Origin: Octopus vulgaris | Lineage: Eukaryota | Assembly (NCBI GenBank): GCA_951406725.2 | Contig: OX597816.1 | Span: 147,684,001-147,748,000, forward strand | DNA: 64,000 bases | Reading direction: 5' to 3' | Part shown: one piece after another, positions 54,900-64,000 of the stretch | Numbering within the stretch: position 1 is the stretch's first letter | Layout: each line of letters begins with the position of its first letter | Notes under the pieces: generated by a model | Database searches by the model: none | Told to the model about the DNA's origin: nothing | The model's input: the letters and a program-made list of their open reading frames with translations, nothing else | Translations under genes and position numbers: made by a program

Positions 54900-54932
54900 T
54901 TTGATGTTTCGAGCATAGCTCTTCGTCAGAAA
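54900..54932 (-). ncRNA. Minimal hammerhead ribozyme, same family as 1465-1498
   Basis: Minus strand: ttt-CTGACGA-a-gagc-tat-gctc-GAAA-CATC-aaa; ACAT replaces the ACGT palindrome. Confidence 0.7.
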
Positions 54933-55716
54933 GAAGAAAGGGAAAAGTCCAAAGAAAGAAAGGAAATCGCCAATCGCACATGTGTAGTTATATTATATAT
55001 ATTTGACTTCCAATACTCACCTGGGTAAATCAATAGCCTAGTTATACACAGGTGTAACAACAGGCGGTTTGTCTTAGATAAAAACACATTCATTCTGCAA
55101 TTATTCGGTATTCCGCATCTAAAGTTTTTCAAATTACAGATTTGTGATGCTAACGACTCAAGCTATTGACTGGAATTTATATAAACAAAGAACTACTTGA
55201 AAACGCGCGATTGCATTAAAACAGCATTCTCTGCAGAAATATTAAAAAACAACAACCAGAATAATATTTCAAAGAAAAATGAGAAAAATAGGTTGAGTAA
55301 TAAGAGTATACAGAGATGTTGCAGATGGCTGGTGGGTGAAAGTATGACATTGCTAAACAGGAGTCTTTCAGTAAGAAATTTAATGAATGTTTAAGGACTT
55401 AAACAGTAAGCAAGACATGTTAACTCAGTATTTGAAGTGACATCTTGAGTTTATATTTAAATATTAGCTTGAGCCAGTGAGATTTCCATGCAGATAAGAT
55501 AATGGGACCCAAAGGTATTTAGCTTCGTGGGAGGAAAAAGAATATCAGTTGAATATTGGCTTCAGACAGGTCAATAATATTTTAGTAGCTAGTGTGACCA
55601 CTTAGGAAAAGTTCGAAAGAAAGCTATGCAGAAAATACATATGTTATATATACACATATATATGTATAATGTACATCTGTTCATACATAAAATATATACG
55701 TATATGTTGAAAAAAA

Positions 55717-55774
<58 letters not shown>

Positions 55775-56828
55775 AATCTATATGCACACACATGGGTGCA
55801 CGCACATACATAAACATATATTTCCCTATCGAGACTACACTAGAAGATACTCACCAAATTGCTGCATCCTGATATCGAACGTTTGCCGTTTCGAAATGAA
55901 ATTGTTAACCACTCGCAAATGGCAGTCTATTTGCATATTAATTACTAAAATAAATTTTTTCACGCCTATAACATTGCTGGGTTGTAGATAGTTTGTTGAG
56001 TATCAGCACTTTAACAATATTTTCGAATTTAAAAGTCAAGTTGTTAGTCGGATAGGGTAGATTTCCTATGGTTGTTGTTGCTTACATTGCATTTATTAGG
56101 TACGATTCTAAAGTGGTCTCCTCCATCTTCTGATAGTAAAAGTGGGCAATTCAATTAAAGAGATAATTAGTTTAGGTGATTGAGTTTCATTCATGTAATT
56201 AAATATATAATTAGTTCCGACCAATTTTGTATTACGATAGTAAGAATGGAAAATAATTATTAATTAAAGCTGTATTAGAACGATGGAAGTAATATTTATA
56301 GACAGCTTCCACCCTTGTTATTAACTTTGTTCCTATTAAGCATCGATGGCATTTATCTTATGTGATCTTCATTTCGTTAATATCCTACAAAATAACTGAG
56401 GCCAGAACATAACGAGCCTTATTTAGCTTTCTTTCATATCTGCCAGCATTTGGCAAAGGAATATTTTCAGTTCCAGTTAAAATGTCAACCATAAGATGAA
56501 TATTTAATCAACCAGCTGAACGTTGCCAAAATTCGCATATTTCGGAGCAACCATGCAGGTCCGTCTACATTTCATGAAATCAAATCAAGTGAGAAGCATT
56601 TTATAAGTGGGAAGTAAGCGATCGTCAAGACGAATTGTGACACACTTCCATCGCCCACCTGACATGGAGCCATGAATTTCGTATGGCTTATTTCAATCAT
56701 CAAAAAATATAAGGCTTTTGTGATTTGTACAATTATACACAGAATTGTCGAACTATACTCTAAGCAATTAATTGTAGATTTATCTTGTGCTAGTTAACAC
56801 CAAATTTGGAACACCTAGCAGAGCTGTT

Positions 56829-56872
<44 letters not shown>

Positions 56873-58939
56873 TATTTTTTTAAAACTGTAAATGAAATAG
56901 GCAGTCTGATAAAATAAAGGCTGTGCATGCAGAAGTTGTGTATGCAAAAGATTGGTTTCTTACATAGGCGCTGACAATACATTTCAGTAATACTGTAGTA
57001 TCAACTGATTCCATTCCACTCTTCTAATGAAGTTTATAGCATCTATTTTAGGAATGTGGAAGAAGAAACAAGAGAAGTCTTACAAAAGACATTCTATTAT
57101 TTAATTATATTCCCTATCATGAAACCTGCTTTACCTTCCATTCTTTTGGAGTTAATAAATGATGCATTAGGTATGTATTGTACTTGATTAAATTTACTAT
57201 AAATATCTTTGAAACATTTGTAGCCTTCTGCCCAATAAGAAATCGATAATTATTAGTTTGTGATATCAGCACAAGATCAATTTATTTCAGGAGGAGGAAT
57301 GGTTAAATCCTTTCAATCAAGGATCTTATAATATTGGCCACAAATGGCGAATAGAAATTAAACTAGACTCCTAAGTGATTGAACCCCCAAATATCTTTCA
57401 ATGTTATACTCACTCTACATATAGCGATCAACATAATTGCTTTCTTTCGTAGTCAGAAATATACATAGATAACAGCTACACGAGTCAATTTTATGACGTA
57501 TCTGTTTTTATTAAGGGAATTTATTAGACCTCCATATAGAACTGACATCATGTTTGAGACGTGCTTCTTTTGTTGTATCCTAACTGTCAATACTCGTGAT
57601 AAGCCGTGCATACTTAACTATTAGTATCTTAATTATAAGTAAAGTTTGCATCGCAAAGTAGTGCGCTTCAGAGTCATATTGTTAGAGAAGCGCTTAAATC
57701 TTTGCATGGAGATTAACATATGTCATGCAGATTACTTTAATCTTTTGACATGTCAAGGCAGCCAAGTTTCATCAAGGAAGTATTTTAAAAAGCAGATTAT
57801 GGATATCTTGACATAGTCACGTCTTCATACTCCAGCAGAAAAGTTGTTAGAACTAACTGTAATACTGTAACTAAATGATGGACTGAATGGAAATATATGT
57901 TATGTCCGGGATTATAACTGGTAATCCAAAGGTTCTCAGGCAAGGATTATAGAAACAAAGCAAAACAAAATTTTCTTAAAATCTAAGTTTATTCCATGTT
58001 CTTAAAATGTCATGAAAGAAACAAATGCTTCTGAGATGAAATCAAAGAATTATTAAATCTTAAGTATAGAGGGGTAAGTGAAACATTGCATATGAACATA
58101 ATCTGGTGTTGCTCGAAATATATTTACTTCACCTAAGAAATTTCTTAAGATTGATATTTAATATTTCCCTACTATTCATTGAACTATTTTTCTTTGAAAT
58201 GCTTCTGCATCGCTTAAAGCATCTTCTGTGATAATCACTTCCTGCTGGCCTACTTGAAAAAAAAACGATATTCCTATTTACTATTAGATCAAATTAAAGT
58301 AACTGGGGATATCAGTTAATCAAATAATTATATGCAGCTTGATACGTCAATAATCTCATAATTTTTGTATCATATGTCTGAATGGACTGTTAGTTATTTC
58401 TCTAATCAAAACTGATGTAAACACACCTGTTTTATATTTAGATATCTTCGAGCTTAACAGATTTCAACAACTAATTTATTATTTTATAACGAAATATAAT
58501 TGCTGTCAACTAAACGACCATAGATCTAATTATTTGTAATCTATTTATTTGTCATTTGTTTTATAAAATTTTGCCGGTTATCACTCTAACGATAGGAAAA
58601 ACATTGCCATAGAATACAAAATAAATTATAAAATGATACCGCTGTACTACAGTAACTAAACATGGGAAAACTTTATTCAAAATATGAATTAATTTACAGA
58701 AGAGTATTCATGGGTAGAGGAACAAACGTTAGAAAAGAAATAGATATTCAAAATAGATATCGGCCCAGTACGGTGATATGGCAAAAGTCAGACGGAATGT
58801 ATTTATTCTATTAATTGTTCCCGTTCCTAATAGGCATTTTGATTTTTGGACATTAAGCCTAATAATGATGCGGAAACACTTCACCGCTATGTGTATTGAC
58901 AAGACATTCCGTGGTAAATATTCGTGGTAGGTCAACAGT

Positions 58940-60650
58940 CACGGGATAACTTTTCTTTACCCCACCAAACGCTTCCGGTTTTTCCTTTCGTCGGGTGCGC
59001 TTTTCTTTGATGGCAAGTTCCTGTTTCTCTTCTCATCGCTGTCTCCACTTTCACGGTATTTGTCTCCAGCGTGGTCTATCATATGCGACCTCCTCCGCCA
59101 ATATTTATCTTGCAAACATTCTTGAAAGGAATATGAAGTCGTTCTCGTGATCTTGTGCCGGTGGCAAAATTGCCATCCAAGGGGTCTTTTGGGATCCTCC
59201 AGTCCGGCATGCGATGTTTATGACCAATCCAGCATAGACGGTGCAGTTTGAGCAGGGTGAATGTGAATATACTGGATATCTTGGTGCAGCTCCTAAGTAT
59301 GATTTTCCTGATGATCTTTGGTGGGATGACGTCCAAACCCGGTGCTTATCCAATAGGCAAGACACAATTGGCTCTGCTCAGTTCTTCATCAGTTTTTTCA
59401 CGGTGTCTAGCATGCTGTCTGAGGTGTTTTCCTTAGCGCAGAGATCGGAATAATGCTCCACCCATCTCTCCAGCTACTCTCTTTAGCCCTGGATGATTCA
59501 CCCCGCTTCTGGATTGTGCCGATGGCATTATTGATACCATCAGACATACCGCGAAAGCTAACCATGACAAACCACAGTTCGATATCTTCACATAGTTTTA
59601 ACCAGTAGTCATGTGTACATTTCGTCTCCTACATGTTGTTCCTTGCTGACTTTAATGCTTACAGCGTTGCCCTAGTGGGTTGCTGTTTGTGCTTCAGCAG
59701 GGCAGCATGCTTTTTCTCCATGGGCGTATTGAACTCTTTCACACTCGCTTCAAACCAGTCTTGTGTTATTTTCCTCCTCCTCCTAAAGGCTCTCAGGGCA
59801 GTGCTAGGGATGGTGTTCCTCAGAGGGTTCCTTTTCTGCTGAAAATTGCTTTCCGGTGGGTCTGTAAGAGGGCGCCTTAGGATGCAGTAGTATTGATAAG
59901 CTACTTGCCTTGAGGCATGGGCCAGTGCATCCTTTTTGGTTTGAGTTTGAGATTACAGAAAACCGAGGAGTGGTCTGTGTCACAGTCAGCGATGTGAAAG
60001 GGCTGAATCACGAGTACATTCCTCGGGGGGTTACGTCTTGTGATGATCAGATCTAGCTGTTGCCAATGTTCTGAGTGAGAGTAACGCCGAAAAACCCTGT
60101 GTTGAGATTTGGTCTTTAAATACGTATGCATGGCACATGGTCCATGGAGCATACAGAGCTCAGGCAGTTGTTGCCAATTTTCATTCATGTTATCAACCCA
60201 AATATCCTGGACAGGAATCGTAATCAGCTCCCACTCTGGCGCTGAAGTCGCCAAGTAGCACCACCTATCTCTATTGGGGATCACCTGTATTTTCCTAGAG
60301 AACTGATCATAGAACTTATCTTTCGATTCTTGTGTGGAATAGAGCGTTAGGACATAAGCATTGATAAGGTTGACAAGCTCATCAGAAGTGTGCAATTGGA
60401 GTGAGAGTATACCTTGTTCCTATGCCAATCATGTGCAGGCTTAAACCCGTAGACTACTGCTTTCCGCGTTTTATCGCCGCGTTGTTAGACGTCGGTGGAG
60501 TGTCTTCTATAGGTCCGGGCAGTTTTTCATGGGAGGTCGGGAGTTGTCCATGCATCACGACTCCCCCCTCTCCATCGCCATGAGTTTTACGCAAGGGAAC
60601 AGCGGGGACCAATACGACTTGACACCAGGGGCCCGCAGAAGTTGGCAGAA
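58940..60650 (-). mobile_element. RTE (BovB-like) LINE, internally deleted: APE endonuclease and C-terminus present, RT core missing
   Basis: INAY..TL.S..ESKDKFYDQ, NENWQQL.ELC, HWQQLDLIITRR, ADCDTDHS (APE); HRLCWIGHKHRMPDWRIPKD.L.G....GTR (C-terminus). Confidence 0.88.
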
Positions 60651-60695
60651 CAAAGTTGTCTACAGCATAGAACTGTATATATATATATATTCATA

Positions 60696-61035
60696 CGCGC
60701 AGGAATAGGTGTGCGGTAAGTAGTACTGAGTGACACCTTGGGCAAATGTATTCTTCTCTAGCCTCAGTCCCATCAAGGCCCTGTGAGTGGATTTGGTAGA
60801 CGGGAAATGAAAGAAACCCATGTGTGTCTGGTTGTGCGTTTGTGTGTCTGTGTTTATCCCCACTCCATCGCTTGGCAACCGATGTTGGAATGATTTCGTC
60901 CACATATCTTAGCGGTTCGGCCAAAGTGACGATAGAATAAGGACTAGACTTACAAATAATCATGTGGTCGATTTGTTCAACCTAAGGCGGTGCTCTAGCA
61001 TGGCCGCAGTCAAATGACTGAAACAAATAAAAGAG
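60696..61035 (+). mobile_element. tRNA-derived SINE, family B, with full tail
   Basis: gcgcagga..ggtgtgcggtaag...caccttgggcaaatgt...gtgagtggatttggtagacgg...ggcggtgctctagcatggccgcagtcaaatgactgaaacaa. Confidence 0.85.
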
Positions 61036-61240
61036 CAGAAGTGTAAAAGAGGGAATACGTTTATCAATTCGTTCTGCAAGATTCCTGACGTGAAATCGTG
61101 TGTTGAAACAGATATTGTTGTACTTGAGGACGGTAATTTTATTTACTATTTATGTATTTGCCAAATAAACACACGCACTATATTTTGTTTTCTCCACTCG
61201 TTTATTACTTTTATTTTATCATTTTAACGCTTGTCCATTG

Positions 61241-61282
61241 ACCGGAAATCTTTCGTCACACAACTGTGACCTCTTCAGCGAC
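61241..61282 (-). ncRNA. Type I hammerhead ribozyme motif
   Basis: Minus strand: gtcg-CTGAAGA-g-gtcaca-gttg-tgtgac-GAAA-gattTC-cggt; 6-bp stem II, UUC triplet. Confidence 0.65.
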
Positions 61283-61409
61283 ACTTTACGCTTGTGTGTG
61301 TGCTCTTGCTCCAATCAATCCATTCTGTTCTTCTAAGATGTGTGTGTGTGTGTGTTTGTTGTCTGTGTTTGTCTCATAGATTTTAGCAGCAGTATGGCCT
61401 TCCTCTCAG

Positions 61410-61472
61410 CCCCAATCACTCAGCCAGAGATTTTGAGGGATATGAGTTCGAGTCCCATCGCGGTTAGTTGAC
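61410..61472 (+). other. tRNA-like T-arm / Pol III B-box remnant
   Basis: atgaGTTCGAGTCccat: B-box with partial T-stem; no complete cloverleaf. Confidence 0.4.
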
Positions 61473-61603
61473 AAATTTTCCCTCTTAGAATGGGTAATTT
61501 ACCCTATATTGCTGCTATACTGACGGTAATTTTGCTTTCGAAAGAAAGAAATGAATTAATTTGTATTATTCAATACACATTTCTATACTTATAATTATAA
61601 ATG

Positions 61604-61666
<63 letters not shown>

Positions 61667-62247
61667 ATAATTACCGAGCGGGAGAAACAATTAATTCTTG
61701 CAGGCGATCCTACTGGCAATAAATTTGGGTGTGGTGAAGTTATCTCCCTTACATTGATTCCAGTAAAACATAAAACCGGGTCAGCTTATAGTCAATTGAT
61801 TTTCCGAAATCAATAAATAGATAATTCCATGTTCGTAACATGAATTCCCTTTCATGGAGGCATCTATTGTGGAATTAATCGTTAAGTAAACTATAGAACG
61901 TGCTTAAGGCATCAAGGAAAAAGGGGCACAGGAAAAAGGGTAGATAGTTTACGGTACATCAAACTTGCCAAAATAATGTTCGGGATACCTTATCTCAAAC
62001 TAAGTATAGAAATAGATATGTTACGTGAGATTAATTTTCAGGAGCTGATCACAGACTGCAATACCCAAATGCAGGAGAAAACTTTTCAAATATAAGTGAA
62101 GTGGAAGTATACAAAAATAAACATTTTCCATTTTACTGTTAGTTTTCATTCATTTACAAATGTAAAAATTTATACTGTTTTATTATTGTTTATATTTTAA
62201 ATTACATATATATGGGGGCACCAGGTATATATAATTATATATAAATT

Positions 62248-62294
<47 letters not shown>

Positions 62295-62409
62295 GAGAGA
62301 GAGAGAGGGGTGTCACTAAAGTAACTAAAGGTGCTGGTCAGCACCACTAATGCTAGAAATGAGAGTCAAAACAATTTATAACCGAACAAAATTGCGAATA
62401 AGCTACCTT

Positions 62410-62467
<58 letters not shown>

Positions 62468-63951
62468 GAAAGGGATAAGAATGTGAGACTATAGATATGG
62501 TCTTGTTCCTGCCTTTACTTTCTTGCCAAAAGTATGGATAGATGGATAGAATAAAGTATGTGTGCTATCATGCGAGAAAGATATTAACAATCTCTCTATT
62601 GCACAAGCACCGTGTAATGTAATTTATAATACTTTCAAATAGATATGCATTTGTTATAACAGATATCCTAAAATATTTCCGCTTACTAAATTAGATGCAA
62701 ACAATTTAATAATGCACCAAATATCTTTCTAAGTATATCTAGATGCTTTGAAGTCAATAACCTTGTTATAACTATGTTAATCAATTGTCGGTTTTCTTCC
62801 ATAATTTCATTGCGATACGTAATGCGAATAGATTCCCTTGAAAATCCACTTATATATTTTAAAGGAAATATTTGTAAGACCCTTTGAAAAGAAAGAATAT
62901 GAAAAAGACGAAGGAAGAATTATGTGAGGGATAACGTATATTTACTAACATTCTGTCAACGTGAAAATATGCAGAAATTTTAAAGACTATTATTTTAAAG
63001 ATGTTGCTTCTTTAATTACGCCATTAAAATCTAATCATTTCTTAGATATATCATTTCCTTCATATGCTTACATTTGTATAAATGTTTACTCCATTCGAAA
63101 AGTAATGGCCAATAATTTACTATTATTACGGAAGCCAAATACGTATTGTCATGAATATTAATGTCAAAAAGTGGTGAAAAATAGCGTGCGTTATTTTGCT
63201 CTGAGCCATTATTTTGTGAATTAAATTTTGATAGATTTGATTTTGTTATTCACAATTTCCGAGTCGATACAATATGTTGATTCAGGGGATTTTCTGACCA
63301 GATTAGGGGATCTAGGTTTTCATTGATTTCTTGAACAGTCGTAATGCGGTGGTTTTTCCGGTGGCGGGATAAGATATAAACTTAGAAAGCACAGTCAAAT
63401 TGAAACAGATAGGATGAGGGATCCCGTGTGATTCTCTACCAATTCTGCCACTTCCCTGCCCTGAATGTTTTTTTTTTTGTATGAACTCTAGAAGAATGAA
63501 ACCTAAATGTGACCTCAGCAAGATCTGAACCCAAAACACATTTAAGCGGAACAAATGCTGCAAAACATTTTATACAATACTTTCATGCCCTTCTTCACCA
63601 CAGACAAATAATTGTGGCTTTCTGCATTTATAAGAAGTACTAATTAGTTAAAACATACAAGACAGTAGAACACTTCTAAGAATTAGTTCCACAGAGTCTA
63701 CATTCGAAAATCTGTCCTCCTAGGACTAAGTTTACCTTTTCTGTTTACATTTGTGTGCAATGTCATCCCTTGTGTCCTTTACTTGAAAATTATTCACTGT
63801 TCGGCACTATAAGAAATCGTTATGGAAATAGAATAAATGCACAAGATTGTATGTAGCATTGCCGTGTGATGTACTACACTCTGGACATTAAATCAATATG
63901 ACATGCGATCGATTCCGTTTTTCATTTCCAGATCGATTGTCCATGAAAGTG

Positions 63952-64000
<49 letters not shown>

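Noticed and set aside
56540-56700. Possible very old mariner catalytic remnant
   Set aside because: Motif similarity too weak and no TIRs seen
61410-61472. Functional tRNA gene
   Set aside because: Only a T-arm/B-box; no acceptor, D or anticodon arms
61765-61790. aaaaccgggtcagc resembling an HHR 3' half
   Set aside because: G12 is absent and there is no upstream core
62322-62337. Hairpin ggtgctg-gt-cagcacc in a short segment between TA arrays
   Set aside because: Probably a repeat fragment; too little sequence to assign

Overview
AT-rich, microsatellite-saturated eukaryotic DNA with no recognisable host protein-coding gene; it reads as intronic or intergenic. The SINE families look to me like coleoid cephalopod (Octopus) repeats, which is an inference from memory. 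Almost all long ORFs are simple-repeat artefacts. Identifiable content: decayed LINEs (RTE, RTE-BovB-like, R4/Dong, CR1), two mariner derivatives, two tRNA-derived SINE families and many Penelope-like element (PLE) remnants. The strongest hidden signal is about ten type I hammerhead ribozyme (HHR) motifs from several sequence families, most in short PLE-like units inside or next to (TA)n arrays. Several show a compensatory U3-A8 swap of the conserved C3-G8 core pair, a palindromic (dimer-type) stem III, or a very long stem II insert. Several units are fold-backs with 85-280 bp arms, and in one the inverted arm supplies an in-frame ATG to an intact GIY-YIG endonuclease domain. All structures were folded and aligned by eye and need computational confirmation.
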